NCBI GenBank assembly: GCA_038232055.1
Contig: JBBSIN010000005.1
Span: 1 to 62,968 of the forward strand
Reading direction: 5' to 3'
Source: Mycobacteriales bacterium
GTDB lineage: Bacteria > Actinomycetota > Actinomycetes > JADGOV01
Length of the DNA stretch: 62,968 bases
The translations under genes were made by a program, and so were the position numbers. This document shows, in pieces, positions 19,061 through 28,042 of this stretch (its first letter is position 1; every line of letters starts with the position of its first letter). The notes below the pieces were generated by a model. It was given only the letters and a program-made list of their open reading frames with translations. It was not told where the DNA came from and did not search any database.

Positions 19061-20470
19061 CTAGCTCGATGTGCTGGCTGACGCGGGCAGCGCCCGGAGC
19101 ACGTAGGCGTCGACGGCGGCGTCCTTACCCTTGACCCGCAGGCCGGACATGGCCTCCACCGCGACACCGTCCGGCAGCCGCCGGTAGGTCTCCGCGCCGA
19201 TCAGTACGGCGCCCACCGGAGCTTGCCCCTCGAGGCGGGAGCCGAGATTGACGGTGTCGCCGACTCCGGCGTAGGCCACGTAGCCCTGCCCGCCCATCTC
19301 GCGTACGACGGCCTCGCCGCTGTTGACGCCGACGCGAAGTCCTGGCCACCCGGGATGCCCGGCGGCCACTCGGGTCAGCTCTCGCTGCAGCGCCAGCGCG
19401 GCGCCGACAGCGCGCAGCGCATGGTCCGGCTGGTCACCGCGGCTGTTGAACGTCGCCATAATGCCGTCGCCCATGAACTTCTCCACCTCGCCGCCGAAGC
19501 GTCGGGAGATGAGCGGTGCTGCGACCTCGTAGTACTCGCTCAGCATGGCCGCGACGTCGCTCGGCCTCGAGCGCTCGGAGAACGTTGTAAACCCGGCGAG
19601 GTCGCTGAACAGGACGCTCACGTCCTGGCTCCGCTCGCGCGTCGTGGACAGGTAGAGATGGCGAAAGCGCTCGTCGCGCCACTCCCGGCGGGCCGCGAAC
19701 AAGACCACGAGGTATGCCGTGACGATGAGCCCGTGCCATTCCCACCAGCTCGCGTGCCAGCTGCGCTCGCCGGTCACCGCGACGCCGATCATCGCCTCGG
19801 CAAGGAGGACGAAACACGCGACGACGCTGGCCGGCAGCAGCCCCAGCCGTTCCCGGTACACGCCGAGGTAGCGAACTGCCGACATCGCGTAGACGACCGT
19901 ACCCAGCGCGGCCATGACGCCCAGCAGACTGCGGACGCTGCCTTCGCTGCTCGGCCGGTCGAGAGGCGGCAGCTGTGTCAGAGTCCACCCGGACCACACC
20001 GCTATGACGGCGAGCAGCGTCGCTCGCAGCAGCCGCCTGCGTCGCATGACGATCGGGGCGAACGCGGGCCGCAGGTCGACGAAAGCCGACGCCGCACCGA
20101 AGAGCGAGGCCACCAGGAGCCCCACCGGAATGGCGACCTTGAAACCCGACAGGTCGCTGGAGAGCAGGATGCCCGGCGTACCGATGGCGTGCAGCATCAG
20201 GAAGCCACCGGTGGCCAGGAACGCCAACGACAGCAGCAAGACCCGGGCGTCCCCGCGACGTTCGGCCGCCTCGCCCGCCGCGTAGGCGAGGACGGAAGCA
20301 GTGCCGCCGACGAGCAGGAAGAGCACGAAGTGCAGGCGGTGGTTGTCCCAATGCGGGTCCAGCTTGGCGCGCAGTAGCAGCGAGACGAGGCCCGCGAGTG
20401 GCAGCGCCGCAGCCAGTGCCCACCTCACGGCGACCGCGGCATCGCCGGCCCGACGCCCGGCAGATGGCAT
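19061..20470 (-). CDS. Membrane-bound class III adenylate/guanylate cyclase
   Basis: About 7-8 TM, then FSDLAGFT, EKFMGDGIM, GDTVNLGSRL. Start uncertain (20428-20470). Confidence 0.9.
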   Translation of the reverse strand: MPSAGRRAGDAAVAVRWALAAALPLAGLVSLLLRAKLDPHWDNHRLHFVLFLLVGGTASVLAYAAGEAAERRGDARVLLLSLAFLATGGFLMLHAIGTPGILLSSDLSGFKVAIPVGLLVASLFGAASAFVDLRPAFAPIVMRRRRLLRATLLAVIAVWSGWTLTQLPPLDRPSSEGSVRSLLGVMAALGTVVYAMSAVRYLGVYRERLGLLPASVVACFVLLAEAMIGVAVTGERSWHASWWEWHGLIVTAYLVVLFAARREWRDERFRHLYLSTTRERSQDVSVLFSDLAGFTTFSERSRPSDVAAMLSEYYEVAAPLISRRFGGEVEKFMGDGIMATFNSRGDQPDHALRAVGAALALQRELTRVAAGHPGWPGLRVGVNSGEAVVREMGGQGYVAYAGVGDTVNLGSRLEGQAPVGAVLIGAETYRRLPDGVAVEAMSGLRVKGKDAAVDAYVLRALPASASTSS

Positions 20471-20556
20471 GGCCACGGCGCATGTTATCGCGCACCAGCT
20501 GCCAAGGGACGGCGCAGCACCCGACCGGAAACAGGGGTACCCCGACGGACCAGCCG

Positions 20557-21621
20557 TCAGTGGACCCGGACGCCGCCGATCACGATGGCTGCCGGGCGGG
20601 CGAGCACCTCCGGGTCGGTCCGCGGGTCGGCGTCGTAGGTGACGACAGCGGATGGTGCATCGGCCGCGTCCGCGCCGAGAAAGTCCCGGGCGGTCGTCGT
20701 GGCCGCCCGCAGCGCGATGACCGGCTCGACACCGCATTCGACGAGGAGCGCGACCTCGCGCGGTACGGAGCCGACGACGTCGCTGCCGGTGAGGATCGGC
20801 ACGCCGTGCCGCACGGCGTCCGGCAGCAGCTCCGCAAAGAGCTGACGGCGCTCGGCCACCCGCCGCCGTCGCTCCTCCGGGGCATCGGGCGCGCAGGCGA
20901 GTACGGCGCACAACGTCGGTGTCCAGGCGATTCCGCGCCGCCCCATCTCGGCCACCGTCCCCGCATCGAGCGCCGTGCCGTGCTCGATCGAGTCGACGCC
21001 GAGCGTCACGAGGTCGGCGGCCAGCGGGAGGGTGACGTGGGCCGCGACGCGGGCACCCGCAGCGTGGGTGGCGCTGACGAGCCGGCGTACGACGTCGAGT
21101 CCGTAGGTCTGCTCCGGTGACGGCAACGGCGCGGACCCGCGCGCCCGGGCGGGGACGAAGTCGGCGACGAGCTTCACCCAACGAGCCCCTTGCTCCACCT
21201 CTGCCACGGCGATGTCGACGACATCCGCGGGTTCCGCCGGCAGGTGCACCGCATCGAAGTACATGCCCCGTGGCGCCAGGTGCCGGCCGGCGGGCACGAC
21301 GAAGGGACGGCCGGCGATGCGCAAAAGGTTCAATACGACACTCGGCGTGCCGCCCGCGTCCCGTACGAGCGCCACACCGTTCCGGGCGTACCGCTCCCGA
21401 TTCCGCTCCGCGCCGGCAGCGTCGAGCGGCACCGGCCCGTCGGTGCCCGCACCAAAGCTTAGGTGGCTGTGCGCATCGACAAGACCGGGCAGTGCGAACC
21501 GGCCGGGCAGCCGCTCCGCCTCCGGAATGGGATCGTCGCGCCAGCCGTCTGGCGTGAGCCAGCGATCCTGCTCACTCGTGCCGTCCGGAAGGTGGGTCGA
21601 GCGCATGTACCAAGCGGGCAC
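20557..21621 (-). CDS. Amidohydrolase family protein
   Basis: LPGLVDAHSH, AAH, SIEHGT, GSD metal-binding pattern. Confidence 0.85.
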   Translation of the reverse strand: MPAWYMRSTHLPDGTSEQDRWLTPDGWRDDPIPEAERLPGRFALPGLVDAHSHLSFGAGTDGPVPLDAAGAERNRERYARNGVALVRDAGGTPSVVLNLLRIAGRPFVVPAGRHLAPRGMYFDAVHLPAEPADVVDIAVAEVEQGARWVKLVADFVPARARGSAPLPSPEQTYGLDVVRRLVSATHAAGARVAAHVTLPLAADLVTLGVDSIEHGTALDAGTVAEMGRRGIAWTPTLCAVLACAPDAPEERRRRVAERRQLFAELLPDAVRHGVPILTGSDVVGSVPREVALLVECGVEPVIALRAATTTARDFLGADAADAPSAVVTYDADPRTDPEVLARPAAIVIGGVRVH

Positions 21622-21737
21622 GCGTTCACCCTTTCACTCGCGGTCGGGGAGGTGGGCCTGGGCTGGGAGTCCCTAGCGCGCGGCGGCGGATCTCAAGGCG
21701 TACTTTCGGGGGCAATAGGCCAACCGCGGAGGCAGCA

Positions 21738-22052
21738 GTGACAACGCCCGAACCCACGCCATCCGATGAACCCCTGCGGCGGGATCGACGGGAGCACGGT
21801 GGCGCGCCGGCACATCCCGACGACGACGCCCTCGCAGAACGCACGGAGGCCGAACGGGTCGACGCGGGGCTCGAGGACTACGACCCCGACCAGGTACCGG
21901 CGGCTACGGACAGCCCCACGGAGCTGGACATCACCGACACGCCTGAGTATCAGGACGAAGCGGCGGAGGTAAACCAGCAGCTCGCGGCCGGCGAGCTTCG
22001 GACGGAAGGCGACGATCGACCGTTCCCGCCCAGCGGCTACGACCGATCCTGA
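21738..22052 (+). CDS. Small acidic hypothetical protein
   Basis: GGAGG RBS plus GTG; Asp/Glu/Pro-rich 104 aa; fills the gap between features. Confidence 0.7.
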   Translation: MTTPEPTPSDEPLRRDRREHGGAPAHPDDDALAERTEAERVDAGLEDYDPDQVPAATDSPTELDITDTPEYQDEAAEVNQQLAAGELRTEGDDRPFPPSGYDRS

Positions 22053-22094
22053 ACGACACCGCGGTTGGGCGTGTACACGTCGCCAACCGTTGTC

Positions 22095-22174
22095 GATCTC
22101 CTTCGCTCGGCCCGTGGTGGCGTGTTGATCTCCAAACGGCCCTGTTCACAACAACAGGCAGGGCGAAGGAGATC
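22095..22174 (+). repeat. 80-bp GATC-bounded palindromic element, copy 3
   Basis: GATCTCCTTCGC 22095-22106; internal GATCTCC at offset 33; GCGAAGGAGATC 22163-22174. Confidence 0.9.
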
Positions 22175-22216
22175 GCAGGCGGGCGCCGGACCGCAGCTGT
22201 GTACGTCGGACGTCGC

Positions 22217-22660
22217 CTAGGTCGCGTCGAGTCCGGTGATGCGTTGCAGGAGCTGGTCGTCAGGCAGCGCCGCCGGAACCTCGACGTCGGCGGCCGGAGC
22301 GAGCGCGGCGACGGCGGCGATTCCCGCGCCGACGACGGCTGCCGCCGTTGCGATTCCGAGAAGGACCGTGGGAAGCGCTCCCGCGAAGACAGCGGCCGCG
22401 ACAAGTCCCACGGCGGCACCGAATCCCGACCCGATCAGGCCCATGCCAATGCCCTCCAGGGTGACGAGACGGGACAGCGGCCCCTCGCGCCAGCCGATGG
22501 CGCGCAGGGTGGCGAACTCCGCGGAGCGCTCGCGGATGTTGAGGTAGAGCACGTCGGCCACCGCGACCGCGCCGAGCAGCACGGTCACGGCTGCGGCGAG
22601 GTAGTCCACACCGCGGATCTGCACGGAGATCGCATCACCGAGGAGGGAGCCGACGATCCG
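22217..22660 (-). pseudogene. Orphan C-terminal fragment of FtsX-like ABC permease
   Basis: GSLLGDAISVQIRGVDY...NIRERSAEFATLRAIGW...LEG is a permease C-terminus. No N-terminal part, no ATPase partner, non-homologous tail. Confidence 0.75.
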
Positions 22661-22721
22661 CCGCCCGGCGCCCCGACCGCCGAAGCGGTCGGCCGCTCGT
22701 TAGACGCGAGTCGTCGGGGAC

Positions 22722-22763
22722 TGTGGAGTCCCGTGAGTGCCCCAACACTGACGGGACTCCACA
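22722..22763. repeat. 42-bp element with perfect 13-bp terminal inverted repeats (TGT...ACA); possible IS481-type end remnant or terminator
   Basis: TGTGGAGTCCCGT (22722-22734) and ACGGGACTCCACA (22751-22763). Confidence 0.6.
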
Positions 22764-22816
22764 CCGCTGGCTGTCGCCTCGGGGACGAGCGGAGTTTGGT
22801 GTCCCTGAGCCGACGC

Positions 22817-23710
22817 TCACGGCGCCAGGTCCATCGCCGCGCTCTCCAGGTGTGGCTGGTCGACGGACTCCTGCACGCACCGGGCGAAGAGCCACCAACG
22901 CAGCCGTTCGGCGTCGAGGTCGAGAAGGTCGGCCATGCGCTGCGCGAAGCCCGCAGGATCTGCGAGGAGGCGGTCCGGGAAGTTGAGCATGTGCTGCAGC
23001 GGGTCGTACGTCGGGTCGCCGACGTACGGCTTCGGGTCGATGACCAGCCATGGCTCTCGCTGCGCGGCCAGCACGTTCTCGGGATGCAGGTCCGTGCACA
23101 GCAGCACGCAACGCTCGGCCGTGCCCGGCAAGCCGCGGAACAGCTCAATGCCAACCCGCGCGAGACCGGGATCCAGCCGAAGCCTTTGGTCGGCAGCGGC
23201 GTACCGCTCCTCGAACTCGTCGGCCCACCGATGGCACATGCTCTGCAGGGTGCGGAACGGGGAGCCGGTCGGCGGCTCGATCCAGAGCCGGCGCAACAGG
23301 CCGGCGACGACAGTGTCCTGCTCCGGTGGCGGCACACCCTGCGACAGGGCGGTGCCCGGCTCGCAGGCCTCGAGCAGCAGCGCGCTGGTCTCGCCTACGA
23401 CCAGCGCATCGAGGAGTCGAACCGCGCCGTCGCCGTCCCATGCTCGCAGGCCCTCAACCTCATGCAGCGCCTCGTCGTGACGCCAGCCGACCTTCAGCAC
23501 GAGGTGCCGCCCGGCCGGATTCCGCGCCGGAGCCACCCAGGAGGCGACCCCACCCGGTTGGCAGGGCCGGCCCAATTCGAGCGACCAACGCCGCGCCAGG
23601 TCGTGTACGACGAGCGGCAGTGCGGCCATCCAAGTTCGCCGCGACGAGTCGGCGTCGTCGGCTTCCTCCACCGCCTGCACCAGATTCCTCGGCAGCTCGA
23701 ACCCGAACAC
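22817..23710 (-). CDS. APH(6)/hydroxyurea-type aminoglycoside phosphotransferase family kinase
   Basis: GAGGAGG RBS plus GTG at 23710. VLKVG, EVEGLRAWDGDGAVRLL, LCTDLHPENVL, WLVIDPKP. Confidence 0.88.
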   Translation of the reverse strand: MFGFELPRNLVQAVEEADDADSSRRTWMAALPLVVHDLARRWSLELGRPCQPGGVASWVAPARNPAGRHLVLKVGWRHDEALHEVEGLRAWDGDGAVRLLDALVVGETSALLLEACEPGTALSQGVPPPEQDTVVAGLLRRLWIEPPTGSPFRTLQSMCHRWADEFEERYAAADQRLRLDPGLARVGIELFRGLPGTAERCVLLCTDLHPENVLAAQREPWLVIDPKPYVGDPTYDPLQHMLNFPDRLLADPAGFAQRMADLLDLDAERLRWWLFARCVQESVDQPHLESAAMDLAP

Positions 23711-23769
23711 GCCGCCATCCTCCTCGGACTTGACGACCGGTGAGGTACGGCCCGGCAGCCATCCGGCGG

Positions 23770-24520
23770 CTACCCCGCACGTAGCGCTTTGCGCCGGACC
23801 CGCGAGTACTGGGTGATGCGCATGGTCGTGCATGCGGGCGTAGCCGCGCAGGACGGTCTCTGCCAGGGACAACAGATCCTGAGCCGCCGCTGGGATCGGG
23901 CCGCGCGCAGGAAGTGTCGGCGCCAGGTCGGCGATGGCGTCGCGAACCGCGAGGACTCGGTCGTCGCTGCCGGCTCGGGCTCGAGTTGCCCGCCCTGGGC
24001 GGGAAGTGGGTGCCGTGCCGTTTCCTCGAGCAGCCGCCGCAGAGCGTTCTCGAGGGCGGTTCCCCAGCGGTTCGCGTACGGCAGCTGACGATGATCGACG
24101 CCCCATTGTAACGCAACGCATACTCCTGTGGCACCGCGAAGCAGGGCCATCGAAGACTCGGCGGCGGGGTGAGTGGAAGGAGGTCAGGACCGGGAAGCGC
24201 AGCAGCTGTTGCTGCGCCGAGATTAGTCGCGACGCAGCCCATCGATCGTGCTCAGCCCGTCGTTCACGACCACGTCGGTAGCTCGCGTCGGCTCGTCGGC
24301 GCAGATGTCATTGACGAACAGCGCGGCGGTTCGCCGGTCACCCGTCATGATGCAAATGACGGGCAGGTAGCCGAGTGCCGCGGTGGCGAGCGCTAGCCCG
24401 CTGACGGCCTCCATGATCGTCACCAGCCGCAGCGGATCGGTCTGGGCGACCACGTCGCCGAAGCCGACTGTGGTGACCGCCACGCCGCTTAGGTAAAGAG
24501 CGTCGAAAGAGTTGGTCGAA
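23770..24520 (-). pseudogene. Potassium channel family protein (Ion_trans_2), 5'-truncated and multiply frameshifted
   Basis: Pore ALYLSGVAVTTVGFGD at about 24450-24510. Plausible C-terminal blocks (ISAQQQLLRFPVLTSFHSP; MALLRGATGVCVALQWG; DDRVLAVRDAIADL) alternate between two frames. Confidence 0.65.
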
Positions 24521-24653
24521 GACGAGATCTGGGTGATGAACGCCGACGGCACCCAACAAGCATCCGGTCACCAGCAGCGTCACGCTCGGTGGCTGCCCCG
24601 ACGACCACGTCGACAACTGCGTAGGACCAGTCGACTGGGGCCGCAAGTCCTGA
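24512..24653 (+). pseudogene. C-terminal fragment of TolB/PD40-like beta-propeller protein
   Basis: DEIWVMNADGT, then after a 1-nt shift NKHPVTSS...GPVDWGRKS*. Confidence 0.55.
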
Positions 24654-24707
24654 TCGAGCCGGCTCGACCGCTAGAGCACGTCCCGCTTGCTGAGGAAGGA
24701 GACGCAG

Positions 24708-24908
24708 ATGCGCACAACGACAGCACTACGGAGCCGGCTGCTGAGCGTGTCGGTGATGACTGTGGCGTCGCTTCTGATGACGCCGACGGCGATGGCAACG
24801 ACCCCCGGCGACAACGGCCGGATCGTCTACTCCGCGCACCATGGTCAGGTGTCGAGTCCCGATCTCGCGCGGGTCCTGTCACCGCAATCAAAGCCGACGC
24901 GCGTGTGA
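24708..24908 (+). pseudogene. N-terminal fragment of secreted TolB-like protein
   Basis: AAGGAG RBS, signal peptide, ATTPGDNGRIVYS typical of PD40 protein N-termini. Ends after about 66 codons. Confidence 0.55.
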
Positions 24909-25190
24909 CGAGCCGTGTGAGGGCCGAAGGGCACAGATCAGGGCGGTTCAGGGAGCCGTGAGCCCCTCCGTGCAGCGGTCTCTGGGGCATGCGGGCCAAG
25001 CAGTAAAACCTGACAGGTCATGTGTCTCCAACAGGTCCCGCCACTGCGGATCGTCTACCCGCGACGGCAGGCACACCCGTCGAGTCGACGAGGTCAGTGA
25101 ACGCAGGGTTGGCGAGTACGCGCACACTCCGAACTGGATGCCGTGCTTGCCTCGGGATTTCCCGAGTAGGAGAGCTCAGGTACCGACCCC

Positions 25191-25862
25191 TCACCCGGCC
25201 CTGAGCCGTTCACTGCGCGACGGAAGGAGCGACTGTTGCATGGCGCGCGCCAGCCACGCTTGGTAGCGCTCGGCCGACCAGCCCCGGTCAGTCACTAGCG
25301 CGGTCCACAGGGCGGGGTCCTTCAGTACCCACAGGACGTCGGTTGCCGCGTCGACGTCGAGGTCCTCGCGAAGCGGGCCGAGCGCGGCCAGGGCCTCAAC
25401 CGTGATGCGTGCGCCGGTCAGCCGCTGTTGTTTGAGCGTGGTGTAGAGCTCGGCGATGTCGCCATCCGTGGCCGACGCGTTCCGCAGCGCCTCGAACAAG
25501 GGCGCCACCCGCTGGTTGATCATGCGGTCGTTGCGGGCTTGGAGCTCGAGCATCATGCGCCGGTCACGCTGATGGAGAACCTCCTGGACCCAGGGCCGCT
25601 CCCTGACCGGGTCGGGTGCCTCATCGCCGGCGAGCCGCAGGTCCACGGCCGCCTTGAGCAAGGCCGGCTTGCCGGTGAAGGCCGTGTACACCGTGGGCCG
25701 TGCCACGCCGGCGCGCGCCGCGATCTGCTCGATCGAGGTCTGCATGTACCCCTGGGTCGCGAACAGCTCGGCGGCTGACCGCACGATGCGCGTCCGCGTC
25801 GCCAGAGCCTGCTCGGAGCGGAGGGGCGACTCGTAACGGCGAGGCTTGACTTCCTTGGTCAA
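25191..25862 (-). CDS. TetR/AcrR family transcriptional regulator
   Basis: RRYESPLRSEQA, HTH IEQIAARAGVARPTVYTAFTGK. Confidence 0.93.
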   Translation of the reverse strand: MTKEVKPRRYESPLRSEQALATRTRIVRSAAELFATQGYMQTSIEQIAARAGVARPTVYTAFTGKPALLKAAVDLRLAGDEAPDPVRERPWVQEVLHQRDRRMMLELQARNDRMINQRVAPLFEALRNASATDGDIAELYTTLKQQRLTGARITVEALAALGPLREDLDVDAATDVLWVLKDPALWTALVTDRGWSAERYQAWLARAMQQSLLPSRSERLRAG

Positions 25863-25921
25863 TCCAATATACTCCCTGCCTATCTGATGGTGGTCAAGTA
25901 TAACCAGTGGGGAGGGGTGTG

Positions 25922-26416
25922 ATGCGCACCGAGCCCAGCCGCCCCTACGCGCTCGACGCGGGGGAGGGCCAGGCCCATTGGTTCTTCGACAGCCTGGTCA
26001 CCGTCAAGGCGGCCGGCGAGCAGACCGATGGGGCCTTCGCCCTGACCGAGTTCGTCAACCCCCCGGCGTTCGCTAGCCCGCTGCACGTCCACCACGACGA
26101 GCACGAGGCCTTCTACATCCTTGAGGGCAGCGCCGAGATCCACTGCGGGGACGAGTCGTTCAACGTCGGACCCGGCAGCTTCGTGATGCTGCCTAAGGGC
26201 ATCCCTCACTGGCATCAGGTGGGCGTCGAGACGCCGTTGCACAGCCTGGTCCTGACGACCGGACAGTTCGAGCGCTACGTCTCCGCCTGCGCAGAGCCGG
26301 CCCAGACGCGTGAGTTGCCCCCGCCGGGTTCCCCTGACACGGACCGGGCCGCAGCGGCTGGTGAACGTTTCCGGATCGAGGTCCTCGGGCCGCCTCCCGC
26401 GCCCCCGTCGTCGTAG
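25922..26416 (+). CDS. Cupin-domain protein (quercetin 2,3-dioxygenase-like)
   Basis: PLHVHHDEHEAFYILEG and PKGIPH cupin motifs. Divergent from TetR. Confidence 0.88.
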   Translation: MRTEPSRPYALDAGEGQAHWFFDSLVTVKAAGEQTDGAFALTEFVNPPAFASPLHVHHDEHEAFYILEGSAEIHCGDESFNVGPGSFVMLPKGIPHWHQVGVETPLHSLVLTTGQFERYVSACAEPAQTRELPPPGSPDTDRAAAAGERFRIEVLGPPPAPPSS

Positions 26417-26466
26417 CGACCGGCTCAGGCCCGGCAGATAGCGCCGCGGAACGGGCTTGTTACCGG

Positions 26467-26620
26467 TTACCCGCACGTGGCTTCGCACAATGGGACCAGG
26501 GCCCGCACGAGGTCGGGACATCGCTGCAGGAGGTCCACGGCGATCTCGCCGCCGCAGTTGCGGCCGATGACGACGGCGGGGGTCTCGTTCAGCGCCTCGA
26601 GCAGCGCGGCCCGCCCGTAC
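26467..26620 (-). pseudogene. Alpha/beta-hydrolase internal fragment
   Basis: AALLEALNETPAVVIGRNCGGEIAVDLLQRCPDLVRALV matches the nucleophile-elbow region, with Ser replaced. Confidence 0.6.
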
Positions 26621-26646
26621 CCATCCTCGGCACCTGCCGGCGGGCG

Positions 26647-26805
26647 ATGCCGGCGAGCGCGCGGTTGCTCATCTTCGAGCTGGTCCTGCCCGACGACACC
26701 CACCCGTCACTCGCCAAACTCCTCGATCTCGAGATGCTGTCCGTGACCCCGAGTGGCCGGCAGCGGACAGCGAGCGAGTACGTCGCGCTGCTGCACACAG
26801 CGGCG
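26647..26805 (+). pseudogene. O-methyltransferase (family 2) C-terminal fragment
   Basis: MPASARLLIFELVLP...KLLDLEML...GRQRTASEYVALL. Confidence 0.7.
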
Positions 26806-26908
26806 ACGTCGTCACCCTCGCCCTCACCGCCGTCGAAGCCGAACGCCGTAGCCGGTGGGGCCAGCCGCGACGACGACGGCGGGGCTAGCCAACTGGACTA
26901 CATTCACG

Positions 26909-27029
26909 CTCGGGCGCGCCTCGATAGCGATCACGCTGACGTCTACTCGCACGTCTCGGCCGGCGATGCAGGACCGACGTCGCCGACCGCCTCGCGGCCC
27001 TCTTTGGCGAGATCGACGAGTTTCTGTGA
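26909..27029 (+). mobile_element. Decayed tyrosine recombinase (phage integrase) C-terminus
   Basis: Joining three frames gives LGRASIAITL-DVYSHVS-PAMQ-DVADRLAALFGEIDEFL*. This is the LGH(A/S)...Y(S/T)H catalytic tail with His changed to Arg. Confidence 0.75.
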
Positions 27030-27044
27030 CCACGCTGTGACCAC
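27024..27044 (+). repeat. 10-bp direct repeat, candidate integrase arm-type binding sites
   Basis: CTGTGACCAC at 27024-27033 and 27035-27044 (11-bp period), between the integrase stop and the tRNA 3' end. Confidence 0.55.
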
Positions 27045-27110
27045 TGGGGCCATTTTCGCCCTAAGACGAGCACCAGCAGGGCTTGACCTGTAGAAACGCT
27101 TCGCGGGGGG

Positions 27111-27195
27111 TGTCGGAGGGGGGACTTGAACCCCCATGCCCTTGTGGGGCACTAGGCCCTCAACCTAGCGCGTCTGCCTATTCCGCCACTCCGAC
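27111..27195 (-). tRNA. tRNA-Leu(GAG), CCA not encoded
   Basis: Acceptor GTCGGAG/CTCCGAC, D arm TGGCGGAATAGGCAGACGC, anticodon arm CTAGG-TTGAGGG-CCTAG, long variable arm, GGTTCAAGTCC T arm. Confidence 0.97.
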
Positions 27196-27279
27196 GTGCG
27201 CACGGCGAGATCGCCGCAGCGCCGCGCCAGCCTATACGACCTGATGCCCGACGAGCCCGAGACGGTTACGGTGCGGGGC

Positions 27280-28038
27280 GTGACGACGACAGGCTTCGGG
27301 ATCGACATCGGCGGCAGTGGGATCAAGGCGGCACCGGTCGACCTCGAGCGGGGACAGTTCACCGCAGAGCGGGTGCGGATACCCACGCCGCACCCGGCTA
27401 CGCCGGACGCGGTTGCGAAGGTGGTCGCCGAGGTGGCCGCCCATTTCGGTCCGCCGGAGGGCATCGGCGCGACGTTCCCCGGTGTCGTCAGGGCCGGTCG
27501 GGTCTGCACCGCAGCGAACGTCGACCCCACCTGGCTCGACACCGATGCGGCCGCCACCTTCGGCGCAGCCGTCGGGTCGCCGGTCTTCGTGCTCAACGAC
27601 GCCGACGCGGCGGGGCTGGCGGAGGCCCGGTACGGCGCCGCGAGCGGCGAGCGCGGAGTCGTCGTCCTGGTCACCTTCGGCACCGGCATCGGCAGCGCGG
27701 TTCTCCTCGACGGGCGGCTCGTCCCGAATACCGAGCTCGGCCATCTCGAGGTCGACGGCCACGATGCGGAGACGCGGGCCTCCGACGCCGCCAGGGAGCG
27801 CGACGATCTCGACTGGGAGCAGTGGGCGAAGCGGGTGGCGAAGTACCTGCGCCGGCTCGAGGCGCTGCTCTGGCCGGACCTCATCATCTGCGGTGGCGGC
27901 GTGAGCAAGAAGGCGGAGAAGTGGCTGCCACATCTGTCCCGGGTGCGGTCGCGCGTCGTACCGGCTGCCCTGCACAACGACGCCGGAATCGTGGGCGCTG
28001 CACTCTGGGCCCGCGAGCAAGGCCCCGGCGTACGGTGA
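27280..28038 (+). CDS. ppgK: Polyphosphate glucokinase (ROK family)
   Basis: [58 protein letters not shown] lies 7 nt before the GTG. Confidence 0.9.
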   Translation: MTTTGFGIDIGGSGIKAAPVDLERGQFTAERVRIPTPHPATPDAVAKVVAEVAAHFGPPEGIGATFPGVVRAGRVCTAANVDPTWLDTDAAATFGAAVGSPVFVLNDADAAGLAEARYGAASGERGVVVLVTFGTGIGSAVLLDGRLVPNTELGHLEVDGHDAETRASDAARERDDLDWEQWAKRVAKYLRRLEALLWPDLIICGGGVSKKAEKWLPHLSRVRSRVVPAALHNDAGIVGAALWAREQGPGVR

Positions 28039-28042
28039 CCCG

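Noticed and set aside
22175-22820. Duplicated tRNA-Leu 3' end (second att site) bounding the island
   Set aside because: No copy of TGTCGGAGGGGGGACTTGAA was found by eye, so the far boundary is undefined.
25037-25047. CCCGCCACTGC resembling the cobalamin riboswitch core
   Set aside because: The upstream GGGAA/GGTG elements and the B12 box are not recognisable, and no B12-related gene follows.
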